Shown here in pieces: positions 29,562-40,695 of a DNA stretch of 64,000 nt. This stretch comes from an uncultured Desulfobacter sp. (GTDB lineage: Bacteria > Desulfobacterota > Desulfobacteria > Desulfobacterales > Desulfobacteraceae), in the NCBI GenBank assembly GCA_963665095.1, contig OY762069.1, positions 6,720,001 through 6,784,000 on the forward strand, given 5' to 3'. Position numbers and translations under genes: made by a program. How positions within the stretch are numbered: the first letter of the stretch is position 1; each line of letters begins with the position of its first letter. A model generated the notes under the pieces. The model saw only the letters and a list, made by a program, of their open reading frames with translations. It made no database searches and was not told where the DNA came from.

Positions 29562-30511
29562 TTATTACCTGCCCGAAATGTGCCAGAAAACACAAAGTGA
29601 ATCCTGAAAATATCAAACAGTTTGCAGAAGCCGGTAAAAAGAATCTTCTGGCCACCTGCAAATCCTGCAAATTTAAATTCCCCGTTGCCATTGCCACGCT
29701 GCTTTCCCCTGAAGATATAGTCCCTAAGGTTGAGCGTCGTGACGGACCGGAGGCCAGAAAAATTTGTATTACCCTGAGCAAGGGCGGGGTGGGAAAGACC
29801 ACCACCAGCGTAAATCTTGGTGCCGGCCTCGCTCTGGCAGGATACAAGGTCCTTCTGGTGGATACCGATACCCAGGGCCAGTCGTCCTACATTCTGGGTA
29901 AACGGCCTGGTGCAGGACTTACTGAACTTTTAACTAAAGAACTGCCGGTAGAGGATTGCCTGACCGAAGCCCGGAATAATCTGTGGATACTGTCCGGCGG
30001 TAAATCCCTGGCCGGGGTTAAGCGGATTATTGACAGAAAAAGTTTTGGTGCCGAGTTTACCCTTTCCGAGGCGTTGAGCCCTCTGGACAGTCAGTTTGAT
30101 TATATTTTGATTGACACCTCTCCCGGCTGGGATCAGCTTATTGTCAATGTACTTTTTTATGCCAGGGAGGTTCTGGTGCCTGTGGCCCTGGAGGTCATGC
30201 CCCTGCACGGCCTTTCCGAATTTATCAAAAGCCTTGGGGCTATTCAGAAATACAGAAATGAAATTGCACTGAAATATATTGTGCCCACCTTTCTGGATAT
30301 GCGTATTAAAGGACCTCAGTCGCTCTATGATCAGCTGAAAAAATTATATCCCCAGCATTTGTGCACCCCGATTCGTTATAATGAGAGCCTTGCGGAGGCG
30401 CCTTCTTTCGGGAAAACCATTTTTGAGTTTGCCCCGGGTTCAACTGCATCGGAAGATTATCGGAACCTGGTCCGCAAAGTATCAGGTAATGACGCAGCGC
30501 TTCGAAAATAA
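29558..30511 (+). CDS. ParA/Soj family ATPase with N-terminal zinc ribbon
   Basis: MIITCPKC...CKSC zinc ribbon; KGGVGKTT deviant Walker A, VDTDTQG, IDTSP, EAPSFGKTIFEF. Confidence 0.9.
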   Translation: MIITCPKCARKHKVNPENIKQFAEAGKKNLLATCKSCKFKFPVAIATLLSPEDIVPKVERRDGPEARKICITLSKGGVGKTTTSVNLGAGLALAGYKVLLVDTDTQGQSSYILGKRPGAGLTELLTKELPVEDCLTEARNNLWILSGGKSLAGVKRIIDRKSFGAEFTLSEALSPLDSQFDYILIDTSPGWDQLIVNVLFYAREVLVPVALEVMPLHGLSEFIKSLGAIQKYRNEIALKYIVPTFLDMRIKGPQSLYDQLKKLYPQHLCTPIRYNESLAEAPSFGKTIFEFAPGSTASEDYRNLVRKVSGNDAALRK

Positions 30512-30719
30512 CAGCCATGGATTTTTTTGGGGCTTTTTCCCTTAAGGCCAAGGACTGCCTCGTAAAAAAGCAGGAAAAGAGAATTAACCGGTAATTGCTT
30601 CTTTCAGATTAATATATATACCAGCCAATTAACCGGTCAAATGATGCATTCAATGGATGTTGCCGGGGTGGATCAGTGGTATCAGAGATAACCAGTCAAG
30701 GCTCTTTCAGGAAACTCAA

Positions 30720-32759
30720 ATGGGATTACGGACCCGTATCATTGCAGTAGTTGTCATTTCTTCCAGTATTATCAATTTGTTTCTGTGTTTTTATATTACC
30801 GATCAGGTCAGGAAACTTGAATTTAAAAGCCTGCAGGCAAAGATAGACAAAGCCGCCTATGTCATGCGTATTGTTAATACGCTTCCTCTTTATAATGTGG
30901 ATGTTGAAATTCTTAAGATGAATATGGAGACCTTTTTTGATGACGAAAATATGAAAAGCATTGCGATCCAGGATTCAGATATTGATATTAATATTCATCT
31001 GGAAAGAGAATTCGCTGAGGGCGGAACCGACATCAAAAGAAGTTTTTTTATTGATTATAACGGGTTGAAACTGGGTAAATTGTCCATAGTTTACTCCACC
31101 AGCCTTATTGAAAAGAAATTGACCGGGTTCAGGACACGAATGCTCTGGTTTACTTTCACCGCGATTCTTGTCATGGCCGGTGTTCTTGTTTTTCTGATTA
31201 ATGCTGTGATTAAACCTGTCACACGACTGGCCAATGCTGCCAGTGAAATCGCCGCAGGGAATTTAGATAAAGAAATTACTGAAACCGGTGTCGGGGAGGT
31301 CGGAACGCTGTCTCGTAATTTTGCGTCTATGAGAGATGCAGTTAAAGAAAAAATCGAGGACCTGGCCCATACAAATAAAGTGCTTGAAGAAGAGGTCCGC
31401 CACAAAAATTTGCAGGAAAAGAAGATTCTTCACCAGAGCATGGTGATTTCATCTGTGAATACATTTTTTCAACACTCTATGACAGCTCGGTCTATCCGGG
31501 AAATTGCCCGATTGTTCATTCCAGTGGCCCAGGCTGTGGTGCCTGGGCCTTATTGTTTTGTTGGCGTGATCTGTGAAATGGATAACTATCTTGATATTCT
31601 TGCCCTTTCCCGGGAGGCGGAAGATCAGTGCCCCATAATAAACCCGTGCTATTCCGGACAGGGCCTGCGGCAGCATATTTCCGGCAGACTGGTTAAGGCA
31701 ATGACTGACAAAACGCCTGTGATTTCCAATAAGGTTCCCAATGATCCTGATTTTTTCCTGGTCCCGGAAAATCATCTTCCCATAGACTCCATTATGGTAG
31801 TTCCCTTGCTGCACGGGCCGGATGTCCTTGGTCTGATTGCGTTTGCAGGTAAGAAAGAGGGGTATACATCCCAGGATCTGGATGCCGCCCAGACCATGGG
31901 CACAGCCCTGGTTGAGGCCTTAAGTCTGAGAACACAGCAGGATGAGAAAAGGCGCCTGGAAGAGATGGTTGTTCAGACAGAAAAAATGGTTTCTGTGGGA
32001 CAACTTGCCGCCGGCATGGCTCATGAAATAAATAGTCCGCTGGCCGAAATTCTTCATAATATCCAGGTGATCCGTCACAGCATTGACAGCCCCACACCTG
32101 ACAATTTAAAGGCCGCGGAAAAATACAGTATGAATTTTAGCCTTGTGGGGCAATATATGGACGAAAGAGGGGTGTTTCAGAGTTTAAGCATGATTATGGC
32201 AGCCGGGAAAAAAGCTTCGGATATTGTCTCCAATCTGCTCTCCTTTTCTCGAAAAAGCAAAACCGATTTTGAGCCCGCTGATATCTCACTTCTTTTAGAT
32301 CAGGCACTGGAACTTGCCTCAAACGAATATGGTCTGGGGAGAAAGATAAAGTTCAGTCAGATACAAATCCTTCGGGATTATGCACCTGATCTGCCCAGTG
32401 TTGAATGCCGGCCGGGTGAAATTAAACAGGTGTTCTTTAATATTTTGCTCAACGGTGTCCAGGCCATGGCAGATAATGGAGATGAACAGGCAAGTCCCAC
32501 TTTCTTTATCCGCACCCTGCCGGTGGATGATAACATCTGTATTGAGATCCGGGATAACGGTCCTGGTATGGATGAAGAGGTCCGCCGGCGTATTTTTGAA
32601 CCGTTTTTTACTACCAGGCTTGATGAAAAAGTCAAAGGCCTGGGGCTCTCTGTTTCATATTTTATTATCACTAAGAATCATAACGGCACCATTGAAGTGG
32701 CTTCAGCATCTGGCGAGGGGACATGTTTTAAGCTTCTTTTGCCACGTCATCCGTCATGA
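30720..32759 (+). CDS. Membrane sensor histidine kinase (HAMP-GAF-HisKA-HATPase)
   Basis: Two TM segments, HAMP, GAF-like segment, AGMAHEINSPL H-box, N box, DNGPG, FEPFFTT, GLGL. Confidence 0.9.
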   Translation: MGLRTRIIAVVVISSSIINLFLCFYITDQVRKLEFKSLQAKIDKAAYVMRIVNTLPLYNVDVEILKMNMETFFDDENMKSIAIQDSDIDINIHLEREFAEGGTDIKRSFFIDYNGLKLGKLSIVYSTSLIEKKLTGFRTRMLWFTFTAILVMAGVLVFLINAVIKPVTRLANAASEIAAGNLDKEITETGVGEVGTLSRNFASMRDAVKEKIEDLAHTNKVLEEEVRHKNLQEKKILHQSMVISSVNTFFQHSMTARSIREIARLFIPVAQAVVPGPYCFVGVICEMDNYLDILALSREAEDQCPIINPCYSGQGLRQHISGRLVKAMTDKTPVISNKVPNDPDFFLVPENHLPIDSIMVVPLLHGPDVLGLIAFAGKKEGYTSQDLDAAQTMGTALVEALSLRTQQDEKRRLEEMVVQTEKMVSVGQLAAGMAHEINSPLAEILHNIQVIRHSIDSPTPDNLKAAEKYSMNFSLVGQYMDERGVFQSLSMIMAAGKKASDIVSNLLSFSRKSKTDFEPADISLLLDQALELASNEYGLGRKIKFSQIQILRDYAPDLPSVECRPGEIKQVFFNILLNGVQAMADNGDEQASPTFFIRTLPVDDNICIEIRDNGPGMDEEVRRRIFEPFFTTRLDEKVKGLGLSVSYFIITKNHNGTIEVASASGEGTCFKLLLPRHPS

Positions 32760-32857
32760 CCGTTTCAAAGCATGTCATAATAGCGGTGGGGCGCAGATAA
32801 TGGACGGACATCAGCAGGCCCTGATGTCCGTTGTTATATAAATTGAAGAGCGAACTA

Positions 32858-33286
32858 TTAAAGGTTGGAGATCTCTTTTTTATCAATCACCTTGATGCCT
32901 TTTTCAGTCAGGAGGCTTTTCGCTTTTTCAATATCGTCAAAGCGGAAGATCATGATGGCGTTCTGACACTGTGGGTTGGCAAAGGCATACATATACTCCA
33001 CGTTGACATTCTGATCACTCAAAGGATCAAGCACCTGGTTCAGGCCGCCGGGCACATCGTTGACCTCAACGGCCAGAACCCGTGTTTTGCCTACGGTAAA
33101 ACCCTGGTCTTTCAGTGCGGCGGTTGCTTTATCATTATCATTGACAATGAGCCGGAGCACACCAAAGTCAGTGGTGTCTGCCAGGGACAGTGCCCGGATA
33201 TTAACGCCTGCATCCCGCAGGATGGCCGTGACTTCAGCCAGCCGGCCTTCTTTGTTTTCAATGAATATGGATATCTGTTCAGCCAT
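32858..33286 (-). CDS. Tandem ACT-domain protein
   Basis: QISIFIENKEGRL...NIRALSLADT.DFGVLRLIV, D.PGGL, NVEYMYAF. Confidence 0.9.
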   Translation of the reverse strand: MAEQISIFIENKEGRLAEVTAILRDAGVNIRALSLADTTDFGVLRLIVNDNDKATAALKDQGFTVGKTRVLAVEVNDVPGGLNQVLDPLSDQNVNVEYMYAFANPQCQNAIMIFRFDDIEKAKSLLTEKGIKVIDKKEISNL

Positions 33287-33303
33287 TATTATTCTCCTTA
33301 AAA

Positions 33304-34608
33304 TTACATTTTACGGTTATCAATAACCCTGACAGCCTTGCCCTGGCTTCTTTCAATGGTTTTAGGCTCCACAAGGGCCACCTTGGCAGATACGCCAAGA
33401 AGCTCCTTGATGTTATGGGAGATCTTTCCTTCCATGGCCTGCAGCCCCTTGATGTCATCCCTGAATGAGGTGTCGTCGATCTCTACCTTCACAGTCAGAG
33501 TATCCAGGTTGTCCACCCGGTCCACCACCAGCTGGTAATGGGGTGCCACTTCGCGGCTCTCCATGAGGACACTTTCAATCTGTGAGGGGAAGACGTTAAC
33601 ACCGCGAATGATGAGCATGTCATCGGTACGGCCGGTGGGTTTGTTCATGCGGATGTGGGTCCTGCCGCAGGTACAGGGCACTGGATTCAGGGAGGTAATG
33701 TCCTTGGTCCGGTAACGGATGACCGGAAAAGCCTCCTTGGTGAGGGAGGTAAATACCAGCTCTCCTGAATCACCGTAGGGGACCGGTTCCAGTGTGTCAG
33801 GATGCACCACCTCAACAATAAAATGATCTTCGGCCACATGAAGCCCTTTTTGTTCTTCATAACACTCGACAGATACGCCGGGTCCCATCACCTCGGAGAG
33901 GCCGTAAATGTCCACCGCCTTGAGGTTGAGCTTGGCTTCCAGCTCCTGGCGCATCCGCTCGGTCCAGGGCTCTGCTCCGAAAATGCCGGATTTAAAGGAG
34001 AGGTCTTTGAAATCCACACCCATTTCCTCAGCCACTTCAGCCAAGTGGAGAATGTAGGAGGGGGTGCCGCACAAAATGGTGGGCTTGAAATCCTGCATAA
34101 TGGTGATCTGGCGCTTGGTATTGCCGCCGGAAACAGGAATGACGGATGCACCCAGGCGCTCCGCCCCGTAATGCGCCCCAAGACCGCCTGTGAAAAGACC
34201 GTATCCCCAGGCATTGTGAATGATGTCACCCCGGGTGGCACCGGCTGCGGACATGCTTCTGGCCATGAGATCCGCCCAGGTACTGATGTCCCGTTTTGTA
34301 TAACCCACCACAGTGGGTTTGCCGGTGGTACCTGAAGAGGCATGAATCCGGATCACCTGCTCCATGGGCACGGCAAACATCCTGTACGGGTAGTTGTCTC
34401 TAAGGTCCTGTTTGGTGGTAAACGGCAGGCGCCTTAAGTCATCCAGACTTTTTATGTCAGTGGGTTTGATCCCTGCCTTGTCATATGTCTCTTTGTAAAA
34501 TGGAACCGTGGCATAGATTCGTTCAATGGTGGTTTGAAGACGGCGAAGCTGAATCGCCTCCAGCCCCTCCCGGGGCATGGTCTCATAATCAATGTCGTAA
34601 ATGGGCAT
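33304..34608 (-). CDS. paaK: Phenylacetate-CoA ligase
   Basis: [57 protein letters not shown]. Confidence 0.93.
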   Translation of the reverse strand: MPIYDIDYETMPREGLEAIQLRRLQTTIERIYATVPFYKETYDKAGIKPTDIKSLDDLRRLPFTTKQDLRDNYPYRMFAVPMEQVIRIHASSGTTGKPTVVGYTKRDISTWADLMARSMSAAGATRGDIIHNAWGYGLFTGGLGAHYGAERLGASVIPVSGGNTKRQITIMQDFKPTILCGTPSYILHLAEVAEEMGVDFKDLSFKSGIFGAEPWTERMRQELEAKLNLKAVDIYGLSEVMGPGVSVECYEEQKGLHVAEDHFIVEVVHPDTLEPVPYGDSGELVFTSLTKEAFPVIRYRTKDITSLNPVPCTCGRTHIRMNKPTGRTDDMLIIRGVNVFPSQIESVLMESREVAPHYQLVVDRVDNLDTLTVKVEIDDTSFRDDIKGLQAMEGKISHNIKELLGVSAKVALVEPKTIERSQGKAVRVIDNRKM

Positions 34609-34725
34609 GTTCCTTTATCTCCCTGACGTCTTTATTGAAGCAGTCCGGTAGGCCCCGGTCTGCTCAAATTTTGTTGTGGACCACCCCCCTGATTACAAAT
34701 CCCATCTTGGGCCGGCCCGTATGGT

Positions 34726-35514
34726 TTATTTTAATTTACCTGTAAATTGCGCTTTTCTTTTTTCCAGAAATGCAGATGTGCCCTCTTTGGCATCCGGGCT
34801 TGCCATGGTCATGGCAAAGGCATCATTCTCAATGAGGCACCCGGTTTCAAGATCTGCGGCATTGCCTGCCTGGATCGCTTCCTTGGCGGCCCTTAAGGCT
34901 ACTTTGCCCTTGGCTGCGATGATTGCAGCTGTTTTCTTTACCTCATCCATGAGCGTCTCAGGGGGGAATACCTGGTTTACCATACCATATTCCAGGGCCT
35001 TGGCTGCAGGAATATTTCCACCGGTGAAAATCATCTCTTTTGCCCTGTTTTTACCCACCAGGCGGGACAGCCGCTGGGTACCGCCAAAGCCGGGAATCAG
35101 TCCAAGATTGATTTCAGGAAGACCGAACAGCGCTTTTTCAGATGCATAGATAAAGTCACAGGACAGGGCCACTTCACTGCCGCCGCCCAGAGCAAACCCG
35201 TTGACTGCGGCAATGGCCGGGAAGGGCAGGGCTTCAATTTTAGAGAAAATTTTCTGGCCTTGGCGGGAAAAGTATTTGGCGGCAAGAGGATCCATCTGTG
35301 CCAGTTCAGAAATGTCTGCCCCTGCTACAAATGCTCTGTCGCCGGCGCCGGTAAGAATCAGTACCCGGATCTCTTCATTGGCCAGAATCTGATCAAGCGC
35401 AGCATCCAGTTCCATCAGCAGGGCGTTATTCAGGGCATTCAGCGCCTTGGGCCGGTTAAAGGTGATTGTGGCAATCCTGTTGTCCATTTCAAGAATAATG
35501 TTTTCAAACGACAT
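34726..35514 (-). CDS. Enoyl-CoA hydratase/crotonase
   Basis: NRPKALNAL, AFVAGADI, GFALGGG.E, FGLPE..LGLIPGFGGTQRL. Confidence 0.93.
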   Translation of the reverse strand: MSFENIILEMDNRIATITFNRPKALNALNNALLMELDAALDQILANEEIRVLILTGAGDRAFVAGADISELAQMDPLAAKYFSRQGQKIFSKIEALPFPAIAAVNGFALGGGSEVALSCDFIYASEKALFGLPEINLGLIPGFGGTQRLSRLVGKNRAKEMIFTGGNIPAAKALEYGMVNQVFPPETLMDEVKKTAAIIAAKGKVALRAAKEAIQAGNAADLETGCLIENDAFAMTMASPDAKEGTSAFLEKRKAQFTGKLK

Positions 35515-35532
35515 GAAGCCCTCCTTTAAAGA

Positions 35533-37359
35533 TCAAATATGTTTTGGATTTGTAGCATTGATGTACTTTTCTATTCCATTGGCAATTGCGTTACAGATAT
35601 CATCCTGATAGGATTTTGTCATCAGGCGTTTGCACTCGGTTTTGTTGCTGATAAAGGACGATTCAATCAGGATGGCTGGCATACGGGCGCCCAACAGCAC
35701 ATAAAACGGGGCCTGCTTGACCCCAAGGTCCCGGATTTTTTTATATTTTTTGTTCATTCCCAGGACCATGGATTTCTGGACATCATTGGCCAGACGGGTG
35801 GACTCTTCAATTTTGGCATGTTTCATCAGGTCATTTAGAATGTAGGCCAAATCAGAGATATTTTTTTCTGATGTGGCATTTTCCCTGGCTGCCACGGCAA
35901 TGGCCTGTTCGTCTGTGGTCAGGTTCAGAATATAGGTTTCAATGCCTGACAGTTTTTTGTTCTTGGCCGCATTACAGTGCATGGAGATAAACAGATCAGC
36001 CCGCTTGGTATTGGCAATGGCGGTACGTTCTTCCAGAGTCAGCTTGCGGTCCGTGGTTCTGGTGAGCATCACCTCACAGTTCAGGCGTTTGCGCAGTTTT
36101 TCCGCCAGATTCAAGGAGAGCTTGAGCACAATATCTTTTTCCCATATCCCTTTGACATATCCGGGGGCCCCCGGATCTTTGCCGCCATGGCCGGGGTCAA
36201 TGACGATTTTTCTGACGCCCAGGGCCAGCTGTCTTGCAATGTCCGAGGATTTCAAATTATCCGTGGTAACCCGGTCCTGTTTTTCCGGCGGGACGCCTGG
36301 GGCCGGTGCTTTTTCAAGGGCTGTCTGCATCTCATCCATGGGGGCGGCTTTGCCGTCTTTGCCCCACAGGTCAATTACGATGCGGAACGGATCTTTCAAG
36401 GAGAAAATTTTATAGCTCTCAAAGGAATTGATATCCACCACCACCCGGACGGTATGGGGGGCAAACTGGCCTGCTCTGGCCTGTTTGAGCAGGTCATCAT
36501 TGATGGGGGTGTGGTCTGGTATGTTCGGGCCCAAACGCGCCTGGTCAATGTCCACGTACAATCGCTGAAACTGCACATTCAAAGCCGGATCTTTTTTTAA
36601 CAGTCTGTGGGTATACTTTCGTTCGCTGTTTGCATTTACCACCACCCGGGTATATTCAGGGTTAGACCAGAAACGCAGATCGGTAACCGTGGCATCCCCT
36701 TTCAGAACAACCGGTGCGGATTCCGAGTCGGATGGTGCTGGTGTACCGGAACCGCAATAATTGCTGTCGTTTGGTTTCGGTTCCGGGTCAGGATCTGTTT
36801 CTGGCCGGGATAATTCTTTGCCAGCGGCGGCATTGGCATCCATCAGCTTTTGCAGCTGGTACTCGGCAATGGCCTTATCATTCCGGGTACGCGTTTTCTG
36901 GGATTTTTTAATTTTAAAGGATGGGTTTTCTTCCCTGGGCAGGGAGGTGTTGGCTGTTGCCAGGGTTTTTGCCCTGGCCGAATACGCGCTCTGGGGATAG
37001 GACCGTCTGACCCGTTCCAGAAGATCGTCAGCCTGTCTTGCCCAGACCGGACTGCCTGTGCGCCGGGCCAGCTGGAAAGACAGCTCTGCAGCTTTGTACA
37101 GGCCTGCCGGTGCCCAGGCGTCACCCGGGAAGTCATTGTGGATGGATTTATATTTGTCGATGCAGTTCAGCCAGGCAGATACCTTGTTTTTTTTAACAGC
37201 AGACCTTTTTAATTTTTTCAGGCAGGTGTCTGCTGAAAGATAGCGGCCTTTGGCTGTCTCAGCATAGGTGGCCTGAAACGGTTGCACCCATATCAGCAGG
37301 CATGAAAGCAGCAGTACCTTCATAGAAAGTGAAATTGTCCGGCTGCTCCAGGAGTTCAT
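35533..37359 (-). CDS. N-acetylmuramoyl-L-alanine amidase (TPR-like N-terminus, AMIN, Amidase_3)
   Basis: IDPGHGGKDPGA, EKD, FISMHCN, APFYVL, AILIE; AMIN-like YTRVVV/RVVVD. Confidence 0.92.
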   Translation of the reverse strand: MNSWSSRTISLSMKVLLLSCLLIWVQPFQATYAETAKGRYLSADTCLKKLKRSAVKKNKVSAWLNCIDKYKSIHNDFPGDAWAPAGLYKAAELSFQLARRTGSPVWARQADDLLERVRRSYPQSAYSARAKTLATANTSLPREENPSFKIKKSQKTRTRNDKAIAEYQLQKLMDANAAAGKELSRPETDPDPEPKPNDSNYCGSGTPAPSDSESAPVVLKGDATVTDLRFWSNPEYTRVVVNANSERKYTHRLLKKDPALNVQFQRLYVDIDQARLGPNIPDHTPINDDLLKQARAGQFAPHTVRVVVDINSFESYKIFSLKDPFRIVIDLWGKDGKAAPMDEMQTALEKAPAPGVPPEKQDRVTTDNLKSSDIARQLALGVRKIVIDPGHGGKDPGAPGYVKGIWEKDIVLKLSLNLAEKLRKRLNCEVMLTRTTDRKLTLEERTAIANTKRADLFISMHCNAAKNKKLSGIETYILNLTTDEQAIAVAARENATSEKNISDLAYILNDLMKHAKIEESTRLANDVQKSMVLGMNKKYKKIRDLGVKQAPFYVLLGARMPAILIESSFISNKTECKRLMTKSYQDDICNAIANGIEKYINATNPKHI

Positions 37360-40019
37360 GCCTGAACCTTATGTTTGAGCTCATCTAAAAAATTCAGGGC
37401 GTCCAGTGGTGTCATCCGGGAAATGTCCACCTTGCTTAAAATATTACGCAGATCCGAGTCTGTGGGGCCGAAGAGGTTTAACTGGCCGTCATTGTTGTTT
37501 TTCTTTTTTGCCTGCCGTTTTTTTTCGGGTTTCTCTCGGGATAAAGAAACATTCGGGGTATGATGGGTTTCTGCAGAGGCCAGGACTGATTTGGCAAGGT
37601 CTATGATTTCGTCCGGAACACCTGCCAGGCGTGCCACCTGGATGCCATAGCTCCGATTGGTGCCGCCCTCCACCAGCCGGCGCAGGAATACAATGTTGTC
37701 GTTGAATTCCTTAACCGCGATATTATAGTTTTTAATCCGGGGCTTGGTCTCCTCAAGTTGGAGCAGCTCATGGTAGTGGGTGGCAAATAAGGTTTTTACC
37801 CCTTTGCCGTCAAGATCGTGCAGATACTCGGCCACAGCCCAGGCAATACTCATGCCGTCATAGGTGGAGGTCCCCCGGCCGATTTCATCCAGTATTACCA
37901 GGCTGTTTGGTGTCGCGTTGTTGACGATATTGGCGGTTTCTTCCATTTCCACCATAAATGTACTCTGGCCGGATGACAGGTTGTCCAGGGCTCCCACCCG
38001 GGTAAATATCCGGTCAGTGATACAGATACTGGCTTTTTCCGCCGGCACAAAAGAGCCCATCTGGGCCATCAGGACTGTCAGGGCCACCTGGCGCAGCACC
38101 GTGGATTTGCCGGCCATGTTGGGGCCTGTTATCAACATTTGCTGACAGGCTGTATCGTCAAGCACGATGGAGTTGGGGACATACCGTTCCCCCTGGATCA
38201 GTTTTTCCACCACCGGATGTCTGCCTTCTTCAATGATAATGCATCTGTCATTACGGATATCCGGTTTTACATATGCGTTTTCCACGGCAGTTGTGGTCAG
38301 GCCCTGGAGCACGTCAATGACAGCTACAAAACCTGCCATGGTCAGAATGTCTTTGGCCCGTTCCACCACTTTTTCCCGTACGGTGCAGAAAATTTCATAT
38401 TCCAGGGCGTTTCGTCTTTCCTGGGCATTGAAAATGGTATTTTCCACCTCTTTCATATCCTGGGTGATGAATCGTTCCGCATTGACCAGTGTCTGTTTTC
38501 GAATGTAGTTCTCCGGAACCTGTGGCGCCTGGGCCTTGGACACTTCAATGAAATACCCGAACACCTTGTTGTACTTTATTTTCAGGGAAGAAAGCCCGGT
38601 TTTTTCCTTTTCCTTCTTCTCAGTTTTCGCAATCCAGGATTTCCCGTCCCGGGTAATGGCCAGCAGCTCATCCAGTTCAGGGCTGTATCCGTCGTTAATC
38701 AGGTTTCCTTCATTGAGCACATGGACGGCATCTTCCCGGATGGCACGGGCAATCAGGTCACTTAATACTTCAAGTCTTTTAATCAGATCGGCTTTTTCAT
38801 CCAGGCCTGATCCTGTAAGAAGCGGGCTTGAAAATTCTTTGATTTCCTGGAATAGCAGGGGCAGGATTGCCAGGGAATTTTTCAAGGCAAGCATGTCACG
38901 GGCATTGCCCTGGCCCATGGATATCCTGGAACCTAAACGTTCCAGGTCATATACGGATTTTAACAGATCGCACAATATCTGGTGTTTGCCCGGGGCTGCA
39001 ATCAGTTCTTCAAGGGCATTCAGTCGCTGCTTAATTTTATTTTCATCCACCAGTGGATATCTGATCCAGTGTTTAATGAGCCGCCCCCCCATGGCAGTGA
39101 CGGTTTTGTCCAGAACATGGATCAAGGAGCCTTTTTTATCCTGGGTCTGGATGTTGGCCAGCAACTCCAGATTTTTGCAGGACCGGTCGTCAATCACCAG
39201 AAAATCATTTAGATTATACGGGGTGATTTTAAAGATATGACTTGTGTCTGACAGCTGTGTATCCCGGACATAGGAGATGATGGCACCGGCGGCTGACACA
39301 CAGGCGTCCATACGTTCAATGCCAAAGCCTTCAAGGCTGCGGGTGGAAAAATTATTTAAAAGTTGTTCCCGGGCATTGTCCAGGCGAAAGGCGTACTTGT
39401 CCTGATAGGTAATCTGAATGTGGGAAAAGGCTTTTCTGATAGGGGCCATGGCAGGATCAGCCTGAAAGCTGTCCGGCAGCAATATCTCCTTGGGGCCTAT
39501 TTTGAGGGCTTCGTCTAAAAGGGCAGAAGGGATGACACCTGATGTGCGTTTTGCCTGGCAGGTGGTAAAACTGCCTGTGGAGATATCCAGGCAGGCCAGT
39601 CCGGCCCAGTCGCCCGAGCGGCTCAAGGCCACCAGGTAATTGTTGGAGCCTCTGTCCAAAAGGGAATCATTAAGCACCATGCCGGGGGTGACAATGCGGA
39701 TTATTTCCCGTTTGACAAGCCCTTTTGCCTGGGCCGGATCCTCCACCTGTTCGCAGACGGCTACTTTGCAGCCGTTTTCAATAAGTTTCGCTATATAAAG
39801 ATCTGCCGCCTTATAGGGGACTCCGCACATGGGAACAGGGTCAGGATCATTTTTATTCCGTGAGGTCAGCGCGATTTCGAGGATGCCGGCCGCCTTAACG
39901 GCATCCTCAAGAAACATCTCATAAAAATCCCCCATCCGGTAAAAGAGTATGGCGTCCTGACAGGTCTCTTTGATGGCCAGGTACTGAACCATCATCGGTG
40001 TTTGCTTTTTTTCGGCCAT
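37356..40019 (-). CDS. mutS: DNA mismatch repair protein MutS
   Basis: TPMM.QY, RMGDFYEMF, TGPNMAGKST, GQSTFMVEM, DEIGRGTST, ATHYHEL. Confidence 0.97.
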   Translation of the reverse strand: MAEKKQTPMMVQYLAIKETCQDAILFYRMGDFYEMFLEDAVKAAGILEIALTSRNKNDPDPVPMCGVPYKAADLYIAKLIENGCKVAVCEQVEDPAQAKGLVKREIIRIVTPGMVLNDSLLDRGSNNYLVALSRSGDWAGLACLDISTGSFTTCQAKRTSGVIPSALLDEALKIGPKEILLPDSFQADPAMAPIRKAFSHIQITYQDKYAFRLDNAREQLLNNFSTRSLEGFGIERMDACVSAAGAIISYVRDTQLSDTSHIFKITPYNLNDFLVIDDRSCKNLELLANIQTQDKKGSLIHVLDKTVTAMGGRLIKHWIRYPLVDENKIKQRLNALEELIAAPGKHQILCDLLKSVYDLERLGSRISMGQGNARDMLALKNSLAILPLLFQEIKEFSSPLLTGSGLDEKADLIKRLEVLSDLIARAIREDAVHVLNEGNLINDGYSPELDELLAITRDGKSWIAKTEKKEKEKTGLSSLKIKYNKVFGYFIEVSKAQAPQVPENYIRKQTLVNAERFITQDMKEVENTIFNAQERRNALEYEIFCTVREKVVERAKDILTMAGFVAVIDVLQGLTTTAVENAYVKPDIRNDRCIIIEEGRHPVVEKLIQGERYVPNSIVLDDTACQQMLITGPNMAGKSTVLRQVALTVLMAQMGSFVPAEKASICITDRIFTRVGALDNLSSGQSTFMVEMEETANIVNNATPNSLVILDEIGRGTSTYDGMSIAWAVAEYLHDLDGKGVKTLFATHYHELLQLEETKPRIKNYNIAVKEFNDNIVFLRRLVEGGTNRSYGIQVARLAGVPDEIIDLAKSVLASAETHHTPNVSLSREKPEKKRQAKKKNNNDGQLNLFGPTDSDLRNILSKVDISRMTPLDALNFLDELKHKVQA

Positions 40020-40037
40020 GGATCTGATTGGGGGAAC

Positions 40038-40448
40038 TTACGCCTCTTTTTTAGCGTCTTTGGCTGCAGCCTGTTCCTGTTCTTTGCGGGCCGCTTCTTC
40101 TTCCAGATGTTTTTTGATGTAGGGGTCATGGATAAACACATCCAACCGGGTCTGCAGGGAGTTGATTTCCCCTTTCAGACGTTCGATGCGTTCATCACGG
40201 GTTTTTACCTGGCGGCCCAGACGGAAGGCAGTGACAAGACCGCGAATTCCTGTAATGAGCAATCCTAAGACAAAGCAGATGCCCCAGTAGGCCCAGTTGG
40301 GAAGCTCCATGGCTGTGTAGTGCAAAGAGGAGACTTTAAAGTCAATGTGCAGGGAAGTGCCCGCCAGGAAATACTCCTGATTCTGAATGCCGAAGACTGC
40401 GAGCAGGATCAGGAAAATTATGGCTATTACGAGTTTAAATGTTTTCAT
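40038..40448 (-). CDS. LapA-family (lipopolysaccharide assembly A) membrane protein
   Basis: TM-F.IQN-TM followed by a coiled coil. Confidence 0.7.
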   Translation of the reverse strand: MKTFKLVIAIIFLILLAVFGIQNQEYFLAGTSLHIDFKVSSLHYTAMELPNWAYWGICFVLGLLITGIRGLVTAFRLGRQVKTRDERIERLKGEINSLQTRLDVFIHDPYIKKHLEEEAARKEQEQAAAKDAKKEA

Positions 40449-40695
40449 CCATTCTCTCCAATTTTTGATTTGTGAATCTGCCTTTTAAATTGATGGTGAC
40501 TATAGATCAAATTTATTCTTTTATCAATTCTTCTTTTGGTTTGCAACCGCTTCAACACTGAATGTCAGGCTTTTTTAACCGGGTTCTTTTTCATAAATTT
40601 TCTGCTGTTGTAAAAAGTCTTAAAACGGCTTTTCAGTGTCTGTGCCGCGCAAACCCTGACTTTAACACAGGAAATATCGGGCACAGCCATGGCAG

